From positions 298,589-362,588 of the forward strand of contig CAZUKA010000001.1 in the NCBI GenBank assembly GCA_964620905.1: 64,000 nucleotides of DNA, written 5' to 3'. Origin of the DNA: an uncultured Gammaproteobacteria bacterium. GTDB taxonomy: Bacteria; Patescibacteriota; Patescibacteriia; S139-126. The notes beneath the pieces are model-generated. The model saw only the letters and a program-made list of their open reading frames with translations. It ran no database searches and was not told where the DNA came from. The translations under genes and the position numbers were made by a program. Below are positions 19,063 through 32,567 of the stretch, piece after piece. Position 1 is the first letter of the stretch, and each line of letters starts with the position of its first letter.

Positions 19063-19743
19063 TTAGAATATATATTTATGTAAAATTTTATAAATCTTAT
19101 TGTTTACTTCTAGTTTTGTCAAGAGATGACCAGCTTCATAACATTCTACCATATAAAAATCAGAAAATTCACGTGCGATCTCAAAAAAAACTTTTTCCGC
19201 CAACTGTAAATGGTTTAGATCACTTTCATGTAGATCTCTTTTCACCCCGCCGACATAATCACGATGACCCTTTTTATCAACTAAACTTTGAGCAACTGTG
19301 GCTGGTACATGTAAAACCAATGTAGCATCGGGTTTGGGAATACCTAAAATATTGTATTCAAAATCATATAACCAATTAAAAAAAATTTTGCGTTCTTCCT
19401 TGTCTTTGATTTTTGCCCCCTGATGACCCATATTAGCCGAAACATAACGATTGGCAATTATTAACGTTTCAGTAGCCAACATCTTTTCTATTTCTTTTTT
19501 GATGGCAAACCTATCTAAAGCATAAAAAACTGATGCTTGATAAGGACCGATTTCATCCAGACTACCAAATTTACCATTCAAATAGCTTTCCACAAACCAA
19601 GCCGATGGTTGAGCATATCTAGGAAAATCAATTTTAGCTACTTTTTGTCCTTCTGTTTGTAATCTATCAATCAACAAATCAACCTGGGTTGACTTGCCAG
19701 AACCATCAGTACCGTCTATCACAACTAATTTACCTTTATTCAT
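19063..19743 (-). CDS. tmk: Thymidylate kinase (dTMP kinase)
   Basis: P-loop GKLVVIDGTDGSGKSTQ, DRF/LID region and overall Tmk length. Confidence 0.85.
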   Translation of the reverse strand: MNKGKLVVIDGTDGSGKSTQVDLLIDRLQTEGQKVAKIDFPRYAQPSAWFVESYLNGKFGSLDEIGPYQASVFYALDRFAIKKEIEKMLATETLIIANRYVSANMGHQGAKIKDKEERKIFFNWLYDFEYNILGIPKPDATLVLHVPATVAQSLVDKKGHRDYVGGVKRDLHESDLNHLQLAEKVFFEIAREFSDFYMVECYEAGHLLTKLEVNNKIYKILHKYIF

Positions 19744-19777
19744 AAAATTATTTTAACAATTTATTGAAAAATTTAAA

Positions 19778-19798
19778 AGCCCGATCAATGATCGGGCT
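19778..19798 (-). terminator. Intrinsic terminator after tdk
   Basis: AGCCCGATC-aat-GATCGGGCT hairpin followed by a T-run. Confidence 0.65.
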
Positions 19799-19802
19799 AT
19801 TT

Positions 19803-20447
19803 TTATACAGAAAAATTATAATGTTCACGTTTACAATTAATACAAACGCCTATATGTCTTATACTTTCAATCTGTTCTCCTTGTAAAATAACAAATTTCC
19901 CTCCTTCATAAACTACTTTATCATCTTTTAACCTCACTGTTCGATATCCTTTGCCTCCACAAATACTACAATTGTTATACCTGTTTACAATTGTACATTC
20001 CGGGATACTCAACAACGCCAAAGTGGCGGGAAATGGTCGATCAACAAAATCGAGATTCAAACCGGAAACATAAATTTTTTTTCCTTTTTTAGCCAATTCC
20101 AACACGGCAAAGGCAATTGTCTCTTTAAAAAAATGACAGTCATCTATAATATAGACATCAAAACCATTTTCCAAAATAAACAAGCGATTTTCATGACCAG
20201 GCTGTATTAACTGCAAAGAAATATTTTCATGTTCACGCACGTCAAGAAAAAGATTTCCTACGTGCGACTCAAAAATACACGAATCGCGATATAAACCATC
20301 AATATCAGGCCTCACCATAAGAATTTTTACTAATTCTTTGGTCATACTTTTGACCCGACTATTTTCATAAGCTTTGCTTATGATATAGAAAGATTTACCG
20401 GAATACACCGGTCCTACCACTACTTCGATCTTACCAAAGTTTGACAT
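19803..20447 (-). CDS. tdk: Thymidine kinase
   Basis: P-loop VGPVYSGKS, DDCHFF and a C-terminal zinc ribbon (CSICGG...CINCKREH). Confidence 0.85.
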   Translation of the reverse strand: MSNFGKIEVVVGPVYSGKSFYIISKAYENSRVKSMTKELVKILMVRPDIDGLYRDSCIFESHVGNLFLDVREHENISLQLIQPGHENRLFILENGFDVYIIDDCHFFKETIAFAVLELAKKGKKIYVSGLNLDFVDRPFPATLALLSIPECTIVNRYNNCSICGGKGYRTVRLKDDKVVYEGGKFVILQGEQIESIRHIGVCINCKREHYNFSV

Positions 20448-20525
20448 TTTAACTCCTTTTTTATTTTGTGAATGTGCTTTAAGTTTATTTTATCTTACAC
20501 TCTAAATTTAGTTAGTCAATAAAAA

Positions 20526-20545
20526 ATCCCAGCTACTCTGGGGAT
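20526..20545 (-). terminator. Intrinsic terminator after folA
   Basis: ATCCCAG-ctact-CTGGGGAT hairpin. TTTTTT on the minus strand. Confidence 0.6.
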
Positions 20546-20599
20546 AAATATTATTATTATTGATCCTGATTTAAATGTTAAACCAACAAGCGCACAAAT

Positions 20600-21076
20600 T
20601 TATTTTTTTCTTTGATAAACAACAAAAGAAAAACCAGGATGAACTTCTTCATTTTCTTTATACCATATCTTTTCATCTACCTCTGGAAAATATGTATCCC
20701 CAACTGGTTCTAATTCAACCTGAGTAATATAAAGTTGATCTGCATAAGGTATTGTTTGTTTGTAAATACTCGCTCCACCAATCACCCAAACTTCTTCAGC
20801 TTGCAAGGACGATAGTGCTTCAGCAAGTGAATAAAATACTTCTACACCCTCTGGAACTTGATAATCTTTATTCAAAGTAACGACAACATTGCGACGACTA
20901 GGCAGGGGTTTTCCCAACCTTTTAACAATTGATTCAAATGTATTACTGCCCATTAGCACGGTTTTACCATTGGTCAAATTTTGAAAATGTTTTAAATCTT
21001 CCGGTATGTGCCAAGGCAGTTCATTACCTTGACCAATCACGTTGTTTTTAGCCACTGCCGCAATAATTTTTATCAT
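20600..21076 (-). CDS. folA: Dihydrofolate reductase
   Basis: MIKIIAAVAKNNVIGQGNELPWHIPEDLKHFQNLTNGKTVLMGSNTFESI..VIGGASIY. Overlaps thyA by 4 nt. Confidence 0.9.
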   Translation of the reverse strand: MIKIIAAVAKNNVIGQGNELPWHIPEDLKHFQNLTNGKTVLMGSNTFESIVKRLGKPLPSRRNVVVTLNKDYQVPEGVEVFYSLAEALSSLQAEEVWVIGGASIYKQTIPYADQLYITQVELEPVGDTYFPEVDEKIWYKENEEVHPGFSFVVYQRKK

Positions 21077-21945
21077 ACTGCAATATCAAATTTAATAGTC
21101 GGGTAACTTTCATAACCCACAATTTCACTATCAGTATATTGCCAATCAAAAATTGATTTGAAGTTTTCCGTTTTTATCCTTGGTAATTTGAATTTATTTG
21201 GATCTCTGATCAATTGTTCTTTTAGACCATCAATATGATTTAAATATATGTGAGTATCAGCCAAAAAACCGGTTAAAACCCCCTCTTTAAAACCAGTCTC
21301 CAAAGCCAATAAATGCAACAAAGTGGCATAACTAGCAATATTAAAAGGCAAACCCAAAGCAACATCCACACTCCGCTGATTCCAAAATAGATTGAGCTTA
21401 TTGTTTATCACTGTTACCTGCCAAGCGTAATGACAATAGGGCGGAATAGCTTTATCAATATCTATTGGATTCCAAGCGACCACTACCATCTGCCGGCTAT
21501 CTGGTTTAGTTTTAAGTGTTTCCACTACTCGTCTCAATTGATCAACACCTTGACCTGTATAATCTGTTTGATAATCAAGATAATTTGCCCCGAAGTGGCG
21601 CCACTCCCAGCCATAAATTGTACCTAAATCTCTTTCTGCCAACATTTTTAGTTTGGTTTGTCCATCGTGACTATAAGGTACTTTGAGCGGAGTACACCAC
21701 TCATCCCAAATATGATTATTCCTATCCTGCAACCACTTTTTATCAGTAATACCTTTGATAAAAAATTCTAATTCTGATGCCACTAAACGAAAAGGAATTT
21801 TTTTGGTAGTTAGCAATGGAAAACCCTGACTCATATCATGTTTAAACATAGCTCCGGCAATAGCCAAAGTTCCAGTCCCAGTTCGATCAGTTTTTTGTTC
21901 TCCTTTTTCTAAAATTTCTTTTACTATATCAAGATAGGCTTGCAT
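21073..21945 (-). CDS. thyA: Thymidylate synthase (ThyA type)
   Basis: RTGTGT, the WNP..D..ALPPCH-like block (here PPYCHYAWQ) and FNIASYA. Confidence 0.95.
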   Translation of the reverse strand: MQAYLDIVKEILEKGEQKTDRTGTGTLAIAGAMFKHDMSQGFPLLTTKKIPFRLVASELEFFIKGITDKKWLQDRNNHIWDEWCTPLKVPYSHDGQTKLKMLAERDLGTIYGWEWRHFGANYLDYQTDYTGQGVDQLRRVVETLKTKPDSRQMVVVAWNPIDIDKAIPPYCHYAWQVTVINNKLNLFWNQRSVDVALGLPFNIASYATLLHLLALETGFKEGVLTGFLADTHIYLNHIDGLKEQLIRDPNKFKLPRIKTENFKSIFDWQYTDSEIVGYESYPTIKFDIAV

Positions 21946-21998
21946 TGGTGATAGAATTAAGAAGTTAAAATTAAGAATTAAGAATAAAAATAATTATA

Positions 21999-22424
21999 TT
22001 AATCAGTGCTACCAAAATTACCTCGACTATTTTCTTTCAAATCAACCATTGATTCTTCCCAATCAGCTTTTTCAATCCTGACAAAAACTGCTTGCCCAAC
22101 TCTTTCACCTTCTTCTACAATTACCTCATTATCAGTAAAATTATAAACTTGAAATAATATCTCGTCAGTCGGCCCATAATGATCCTGATCAATAATACCG
22201 GAAATTGACATAATCCCCTTTTTCAAAGCAAGGCTAGATCGATCTTGAATATAAAGCATAAACCCTTCTGGGATAGCAATTATAAGATTGGTAGGAATAC
22301 GATGAATTGCATGTGGTTTAATTATCTGTTTTTGTCTTGCATATAAATCAAAAGCTACCGCGCCTGAAGTTTGGTATTGCGGTAGAGGTAACGACTTGTC
22401 AACTAATTTTATTTTTACTTTCAT
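21999..22424 (-). CDS. dut: dUTP diphosphatase
   Basis: All five dUTPase motifs are present: AVAFDLYA, DRSSLALKKGI, GIIDQDHYG, GERVGQAVF, RGNFGSTD. Confidence 0.85.
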   Translation of the reverse strand: MKVKIKLVDKSLPLPQYQTSGAVAFDLYARQKQIIKPHAIHRIPTNLIIAIPEGFMLYIQDRSSLALKKGIMSISGIIDQDHYGPTDEILFQVYNFTDNEVIVEEGERVGQAVFVRIEKADWEESMVDLKENSRGNFGSTD

Positions 22425-22427
22425 CGG

Positions 22428-22835
22428 TTATTTAATCAATTTTTTTTCTACTCCTTCCAGCATCAAAATCAATAGAGTTAAAACTGCTCCCATAATCGCC
22501 AATTCGTACATTCCATATCCTACTGACATACCAACCGCAGCAATCGTCCAAATGGAAGCGGCCGTAGACAAACCACGTACACTGTCAGACTGATGAATGA
22601 TAGTACCTGCACCCAAAAAACCTATACCCGTAACAATACCAGCAGTGATTCTAGTGGGATCAACGGTGTTTATTACTCCTAACTCACTAGAAATAATGGT
22701 GAAAACCGTTGCCCCAAGAGCTACCAACATATGAGTTCGCAGTCCTGCTGGGGTTTTAGTTTTTTCCCGCTGCCAACCAACAATGCCAGCCAAAAAAACT
22801 GACAATAACAATTTAACTAAAACAATATAATCCAT
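22428..22835 (-). CDS. MgtC/SapB family membrane protein
   Basis: LLLSVFLAGIVGWQREKTKTPAGLRTHMLVALGATVFT, the typical MgtC N-terminal domain. 135 aa short form. Confidence 0.8.
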   Translation of the reverse strand: MDYIVLVKLLLSVFLAGIVGWQREKTKTPAGLRTHMLVALGATVFTIISSELGVINTVDPTRITAGIVTGIGFLGAGTIIHQSDSVRGLSTAASIWTIAAVGMSVGYGMYELAIMGAVLTLLILMLEGVEKKLIK

Positions 22836-22839
22836 AATT

Positions 22840-23421
22840 TTAAATTTTGCTTAAAAATTTATCAATTTGCATATAAAGTCTTGGTAAATCACTGTCATTG
22901 ATAACCGTAAAATCAGCCATCGCAATCGGTCCGGCTTTTTCAATATTTTCTATTTCCGCATAATCCCTAGCTTTAGCCTGCTCGGGCGACAAAGCTCTAA
23001 ATCTAACGGCAGTATCTTTACTGACGTCATGGTGACGTCCGAACAAACGTTCATATCTTAATAACGGTGGAGCAAAAACCGCCAAAATTTTTAAATCATC
23101 ACAATATTTTTCTTTCAGAACCTTGTATTCTGACCAAGAATAAAGACCATCCACTACTACCCCATGATCATTTTTTAGCAACTGATCAATTTTAGGAATA
23201 TTCAAAATTGCAAAAGCTGCCATACCATGTTCAGCTCGCAAATTTTCTCTAATTTTTTTTTCTTGGTCTTCACCACTAACTCCTCGCTCTTTACAAATAT
23301 CCAAAGTAATTTGGCCAAACCGTAAATAAGAAAAATTTTTTGTTACCAAATAATCAGCAACCAAACTTTTACCTGCACCACACATACCCACAATAGCCAC
23401 GATTTTATTTTTAGAAGTCAT
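22840..23421 (-). CDS. P-loop nucleotide/nucleoside kinase family protein (dNMP-kinase or CoaE-like)
   Basis: Walker A IVAIVGMCGAGKS, a Walker B-like VVVDGLYSWSE and a LID-like basic region. Embedded in the thymidylate cluster. Confidence 0.55.
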   Translation of the reverse strand: MTSKNKIVAIVGMCGAGKSLVADYLVTKNFSYLRFGQITLDICKERGVSGEDQEKKIRENLRAEHGMAAFAILNIPKIDQLLKNDHGVVVDGLYSWSEYKVLKEKYCDDLKILAVFAPPLLRYERLFGRHHDVSKDTAVRFRALSPEQAKARDYAEIENIEKAGPIAMADFTVINDSDLPRLYMQIDKFLSKI

Positions 23422-23776
23422 AATTATCTTTTTTTTCTTGATTTAAATTGTCCGGTATTTTTTTTGGTAGCCACGTCCAAGATAAATACAACCCAACCAA
23501 AAAACCAAAAATTAAGACTGTTACAAAATAAGCAAAAAAAGTTCTCTCCGCATAATTCATCCCAGCAGTCAAACAAATTTGTGAGTAACTACAGATTGTC
23601 TCTACCACCAGATTGCCCAAACCAAACAAGGTGCCAATTGTCTCGGAAGCATAAGGCAAATACAAACCGCGACGATGTAAATAATTTTCCAACAAAAATA
23701 GGGGTAATAACGCCAAGGCCGTCCAAATAACCCCTTTGGCATAAAACTGCCAAAATTTTGGTGAAAAAATCATCAT
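23411..23776 (-). CDS. Hypothetical 3-TM membrane protein
   Basis: 121-aa hydrophobic ORF overlapping the kinase gene by 11 nt. Confidence 0.45.
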   Translation of the reverse strand: MMIFSPKFWQFYAKGVIWTALALLPLFLLENYLHRRGLYLPYASETIGTLFGLGNLVVETICSYSQICLTAGMNYAERTFFAYFVTVLIFGFLVGLYLSWTWLPKKIPDNLNQEKKDNYDF

Positions 23777-23777
23777 A

Positions 23778-24296
23778 TCAACGAATATTATCGGGATAAA
23801 AGTCTTTGAAGTTGTTTAAAATATCATGCAAATTTTCCATCACCAACTGCTCATAATCAATTCCTTTGATATCAAATATCTTCCGAGCGGCTTGGAAAGT
23901 ATCAACTTCAGGATATTTGTCCAATAAATAATAAACTTTTCTTATTCCTTTTTGGGCCATCAATTTAGCACATTCATTGCAACAACTTAAAGTAGTATAC
24001 ACCCGACAATCAGACAAATCTGATTTTGTCGCATTTAAAATAGCGTTGGCCTCTGCGTGAACTACATAAGGATATTTTGTCTGCATAAATTCACCTTCTC
24101 TGCTCCATGAAAATTTTGTTTCATCAATCCCAGCCACAAAACCATTGTAGCCAGTACCAACGATATGATTGTTTTTATCGACAATTACTGCTCCGACTTT
24201 GGAGGATGGATCTTTACTACGAAATGAAGTGAAAATCGCCATTCCCATAAAATATTCATCCCAAGTAAGATTTTGCTTTGACATATTTTTATACAC
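23778..24296 (-). CDS. dCMP deaminase (ComEB-like cytidine/deoxycytidylate deaminase)
   Basis: Zinc-binding HAEANAI and SCCNECAKLM (PCxxC) motifs. 172 aa. Confidence 0.85.
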   Translation of the reverse strand: MYKNMSKQNLTWDEYFMGMAIFTSFRSKDPSSKVGAVIVDKNNHIVGTGYNGFVAGIDETKFSWSREGEFMQTKYPYVVHAEANAILNATKSDLSDCRVYTTLSCCNECAKLMAQKGIRKVYYLLDKYPEVDTFQAARKIFDIKGIDYEQLVMENLHDILNNFKDFYPDNIR

Positions 24297-24343
24297 AATA
24301 TTTTCTTTATTTTACCTATTTTTTCATTTTCGAGCAAATAAAA

Positions 24344-24362
24344 AGAGAGGCTTAACCTCTCT
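24344..24362 (-). terminator. Intrinsic terminator
   Basis: AGAGAGG-cttaa-CCTCTCT hairpin overlapping the stop of ORF 24352..24741. TTTTTATTT on the minus strand. Confidence 0.65.
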
Positions 24363-24741
24363 TGAAAATTCTTTGCAAATGTTCTATTACTTCATCTCGA
24401 TCTCTGTCAAAATCACCGGTTTTATTGGGAAAAAATATTTCCAGTTCTTCTACTTGGGGAAAGTCAAGATGTTGTGTATTGGTCAAATCAATTAAATGGA
24501 TATTTTTTTCCCTAAACTTCATAATCTTCCTTTTATTACGCTGACTGCTCAATTGTTTAGCTAAACTGGTTTCAGAAAAAACTTGCATTTCTTCATTGGT
24601 AAAATCTGCTTGAATAATTAGATTGGAATTACGAAATTTTTTGTTCAAAGGTAAGATTATGTGTAGGTGATTGAATTTTTTGTTAAAACATTTTTTCGAA
24701 AAATAAGCTACAATTATCATCTTGCGATGTGTATCTGACAT
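24352..24741 (-). CDS. Hypothetical protein occupying the position where rplJ normally follows rplA
   Basis: 129 aa with no similarity to L10 or L7/L12. Followed by its own terminator. Confidence 0.45.
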   Translation of the reverse strand: MSDTHRKMIIVAYFSKKCFNKKFNHLHIILPLNKKFRNSNLIIQADFTNEEMQVFSETSLAKQLSSQRNKRKIMKFREKNIHLIDLTNTQHLDFPQVEELEIFFPNKTGDFDRDRDEVIEHLQRIFKRG

Positions 24742-24790
24742 TAGTAACCTCCTGGTGATAAATTAAAGAACAATTATTAATAGTAAATGT

Positions 24791-24811
24791 GATCCCGCCC
24801 TTGGACGGGAT
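24791..24811 (-). terminator. Hairpin downstream of rplA (possible terminator/attenuator)
   Basis: GATCCCG-cccttgga-CGGGATC hairpin, with only a weak T-run. Confidence 0.35.
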
Positions 24812-24827
24812 CAATATCTACTATCAA

Positions 24828-25508
24828 TTAAGGTTTCACTCTAATCCCCGGACCCATTGTAGTAGTCAGGGTTATTGATTTAATATATGTACCCTTAATA
24901 TCTTCTGGTTTAGTTTTTTTAATTTCCGTCATGAGAGCATCATAGTTTTCCTTTATTTTTTCTGCCCCCAAGCCAACTTTACCTAAAGTAATATGAATAT
25001 TGCCATTCTTGTCATTTTTAAATGATATTTTTCCTTTCGCCAACTCATTCATTGTTTTTGTAACATCACTAGTAACGGTTTCTGACTTAGGATTGGGCAT
25101 TAAACCTTTGGGACCCAAAACTTTTGCAACTTTAGCCAGTTCTTTCATCATTTCCGGAGTAGCAATAGCTAAATCAAAATCTACTTTGCCACTTTTTCTG
25201 ATTTCTTCAACTAGGTCTGCGCCTCCCACAATTTTGGCACCTAATTTCTTGGCTTCATCGGCTGCTTTACCTTCAGCAAAAACCGCAATTCTTTTTTGTT
25301 TGCCACTGCCATGAGGAGGGACAATAGTACCTCGGATTTGTTGCTCACCTTTTTTTGGATCAATGTTTAAATTGAGATGCAACTCAACGGTTGACTCAAA
25401 TTTGGTCACCGCAGTTTTCAACAACAAATCAATTGCTTCAACCAGCGGGTATGATTTATTTTTTTCCACCAATTGACTGGCGGCTGAATATTTTTTCCCT
25501 CTTTTCAT
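24828..25508 (-). CDS. rplA: 50S ribosomal protein L1
   Basis: MKRGKKYSAASQ...TVELHLNLNIDPKKGEQQIRGTIVPPHG. Start chosen at the conserved MKRGKKY; the track ORF extends 13 codons upstream. Confidence 0.9.
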   Translation of the reverse strand: MKRGKKYSAASQLVEKNKSYPLVEAIDLLLKTAVTKFESTVELHLNLNIDPKKGEQQIRGTIVPPHGSGKQKRIAVFAEGKAADEAKKLGAKIVGGADLVEEIRKSGKVDFDLAIATPEMMKELAKVAKVLGPKGLMPNPKSETVTSDVTKTMNELAKGKISFKNDKNGNIHITLGKVGLGAEKIKENYDALMTEIKKTKPEDIKGTYIKSITLTTTMGPGIRVKP

Positions 25509-25557
25509 AAATTTCAAGGTGGTATTAGCGGCTAAATTGCCTCCCACAAATTAATTA

Positions 25558-25983
25558 TTAATCTTTAATCACAATTCCCATTTGCCTGGCGGTACCAGCA
25601 ATAATTTGCTTAGCACCCTCCAAATCTTTGGCATTTAAATCTGGCATCTTGGTTTTGGCAATCTCTTCTAGCTGAGCTTGACTAATCGTGCCAACTTTAT
25701 CTTTCAATGGACTACCAGAACCTTTCTGAATCCCAGCGGCTTTTTTCAACAACTCTGCTGCTGGTGGAGTTTTAACTACAAAATCAAAACTCCTGTCCTC
25801 ATAAACTGTTATCACCACCGGTAAGACGCTACCCATTTTGTCTTTAGTGGCCTCATTGTAACGAGTACAAAACTCTTGAATCGCTACACCGTGCTGACCC
25901 AATGCTGGACCAACGGGAGGCGCGGGATTGGCTTGCCCGGCTTGGATTTGCAATTTAATAATAGCTTTGACTGCTTTTGGCAT
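25558..25983 (-). CDS. rplK: 50S ribosomal protein L11
   Basis: [33 protein letters not shown], the canonical L11 N-terminus. Confidence 0.95.
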   Translation of the reverse strand: MPKAVKAIIKLQIQAGQANPAPPVGPALGQHGVAIQEFCTRYNEATKDKMGSVLPVVITVYEDRSFDFVVKTPPAAELLKKAAGIQKGSGSPLKDKVGTISQAQLEEIAKTKMPDLNAKDLEGAKQIIAGTARQMGIVIKD

Positions 25984-26053
25984 ATATTTATTTCTTTGTT
26001 CCTTTCAGCGAGAAGCTTACTCAAAAATTGAGACGCTGTTGGGATTAATAATA

Positions 26054-26599
26054 TTAAATCTTTTTGATCTGCAAAAAATCAAGTTCCACTGGTGTTTCCC
26101 GACCAAAAATTGAAACTAGTACTTTGACTTTACCTCGTGCTTCATCAATCTCAGAAATCTTACCTTCATAATCTTTAAATGGTCCATCAACTATACGCAC
26201 TGGCGTATCCACACTAACATCAATTTTATATTTTGGTTCTTCCACACCCATCCGCTTTTGCAATTCCTGAATTTCTTTATCAGAAATCGGCGTCGGTACA
26301 TTGCCGGCACCAATAAAACCAGTGACATTGGGGGTATTTCTAACCACATACCAAGAATCATCAGTGACAATCATATTGACCATCACATAACCAGGAAATA
26401 TTTTTTCTCGTACAGTCTTTCGCTTACCATTTTTAATCTTGATTTTAGTTTCAGTTGGGATCATAATATCAAAAATCTTATCTTCCATATCCATGGATTC
26501 TATACGCTGACGTAAATTCCTGGCTACATTTTCTTCATAACCAGAATAAGTATGTAGAACATACCAACGTTTGCCTTGATTGAGCTGTTGTTTGGCCAT
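26054..26599 (-). CDS. nusG: Transcription termination/antitermination factor NusG
   Basis: NGN domain (WYVLHTYSGYEENV) and KOW domain (GKISEIDEARGKVKVLVSIFGRETPVEL). Confidence 0.95.
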   Translation of the reverse strand: MAKQQLNQGKRWYVLHTYSGYEENVARNLRQRIESMDMEDKIFDIMIPTETKIKIKNGKRKTVREKIFPGYVMVNMIVTDDSWYVVRNTPNVTGFIGAGNVPTPISDKEIQELQKRMGVEEPKYKIDVSVDTPVRIVDGPFKDYEGKISEIDEARGKVKVLVSIFGRETPVELDFLQIKKI

Positions 26600-26614
26600 A
26601 GCTTTAAATTATCA

Positions 26615-26809
26615 TTAAATATTCAAATCTAACAATTTTTCCAAGCCATAACTCAAAGCCAAATCAACTGCACCCAAAAAGGCTGCGGTCAATAAGGAAA
26701 TAACAATCACCAAAGCAGAACTGCGTACAGTTTCCTGCTTCGTGGGCCAGGTGACTTTTTTAAGCTCGGACCTGGAATCAATAAAATATTGAATTAATTT
26801 ATTGGCCAT
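26615..26809 (-). CDS. secE: Preprotein translocase subunit SecE
   Basis: 64 aa: FIDSRSELKKVTWPTKQETVRSSALVIVISLL, a single TM helix. Canonical secE-nusG-rplK-rplA order. Confidence 0.85.
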   Translation of the reverse strand: MANKLIQYFIDSRSELKKVTWPTKQETVRSSALVIVISLLTAAFLGAVDLALSYGLEKLLDLNI

Positions 26810-27039
26810 ATATTGGCTAATATTAAATAAATTTAAGCTTTTTTAAAAGCCCTTAGTCGTGGGCTTTTATAAAACTAAGTATATTATACCAAATTCCCCA
26901 AATTTGGCAAGAGTGAGATTTGAATAATATTTTTGTTTGGGGGATAATTAAAATAGAATTAATATTTTCAATATTTAGAGTAAATTCACTATTATTAATC
27001 AAAAAGTCTATATATTAACAAGTTATATGTAATATAAAA

Positions 27040-27061
27040 CCCCTGATTACAGGGGTTTTTT
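27040..27061. terminator. Intrinsic terminator between gyrB and secE
   Basis: CCCCTG-atta-CAGGGG hairpin followed by TTTTTTGG. Confidence 0.7.
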
Positions 27062-27083
27062 GGATATAGGAATTTATTTGAAA

Positions 27084-31551
<4,468 letters not shown>

Positions 31552-31554
31552 AAA

Positions 31555-32562
31555 TTAAAACTGCTTAAGAAATCTAATATCATTCCCCAGTAGCAATCTG
31601 ATATCTTCAATACCATAGCGCATCATCACCAACCTAGTAAGTCCCAAACCAAAAGCAAAACCGTTCCATTCAGTTGGATCAAGTCCGCCACTTCGCAAAA
31701 CATGTGGATGAACTAATCCACAGGGCAACAGTTCCAACCAACCACTATTTTTACAAACGCTACAACCTCTACCGTTACAAATTAAACATTTAATATCCAG
31801 CTCAAACCCCGGTTCCACAAAAGGAAAAAATCCCGGCCGCAACCTGACTATCACTTCTTTTTTAAAAATCCCTTGTAATAACTCTTTCATAACTGCGATC
31901 AAGTTGGTGATACTAATATTTTTATCTATCATCAATCCTTCCAACTGATAAAAAGTGTGATCATGAGAAGCGTCAGTGGCTTCATTGCGAAAAACTTTTC
32001 CCGGTGCCACCACTCGCAACGGAGCGCCGTATTTTTCTATTGCCCGAATTTGTACTGGTGAAGTATGAGTACGAAGTAAATTGCCTTCTTTAGTAAAAAA
32101 AGTATCTTGCGTGTCCCGAGCTGGATGATAACTGGGAATATTTAAAGCATCAAAATTATAATACTCTGACTCTAGTTCCGGTCCATCCTCGATAATAAAT
32201 CCCAAAGATATAAATAATTCTTCCAGTTCAGACTGAATTAGTGTAATGGGATGAAGATGTCCAAGCTCAGGAAAACTACCCGGCAGAGTCAAATCAAGCG
32301 ACGATTTACTACTTTCACCAATAAAAATATTTTTTTGTTTATTGAAAAAATCAACCAATTCATCTTTGACAGAATTGGCCAAAATACCCAATTCTTTTTT
32401 TTCTGAAACTGCCAATTCTTTTAAACTTTCCATCAACTTATTTAACTCCCCCTTACGTCCTAAATATTTCTTTTCCAAAACCAACCAATCATCTTTGGTC
32501 ATATTTGACTTGATATCAGCTTTAACCTGTTTAAATAAATTTTTTAGTTCCTCGGCCAACAT
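31555..32562 (-). CDS. pheS: Phenylalanyl-tRNA synthetase alpha subunit
   Basis: Class II motifs (FRNE.TDASHDHTFYQLEG; GFAFGLGLTRLVM). Confidence 0.95.
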   Translation of the reverse strand: MLAEELKNLFKQVKADIKSNMTKDDWLVLEKKYLGRKGELNKLMESLKELAVSEKKELGILANSVKDELVDFFNKQKNIFIGESSKSSLDLTLPGSFPELGHLHPITLIQSELEELFISLGFIIEDGPELESEYYNFDALNIPSYHPARDTQDTFFTKEGNLLRTHTSPVQIRAIEKYGAPLRVVAPGKVFRNEATDASHDHTFYQLEGLMIDKNISITNLIAVMKELLQGIFKKEVIVRLRPGFFPFVEPGFELDIKCLICNGRGCSVCKNSGWLELLPCGLVHPHVLRSGGLDPTEWNGFAFGLGLTRLVMMRYGIEDIRLLLGNDIRFLKQF

Positions 32563-32567
32563 ATAAT

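Noticed and set aside
26810-27083. Possible tRNA-Trp and rpmG (L33) upstream of secE
   Set aside because: No cloverleaf-compatible sequence (no GGTTCRANYCC T-arm plus acceptor pairing) on either strand. Every minus-strand ATG/TTG start tried runs into a stop within a few codons. The interval contains only hairpin terminators and AT-rich promoter sequence.
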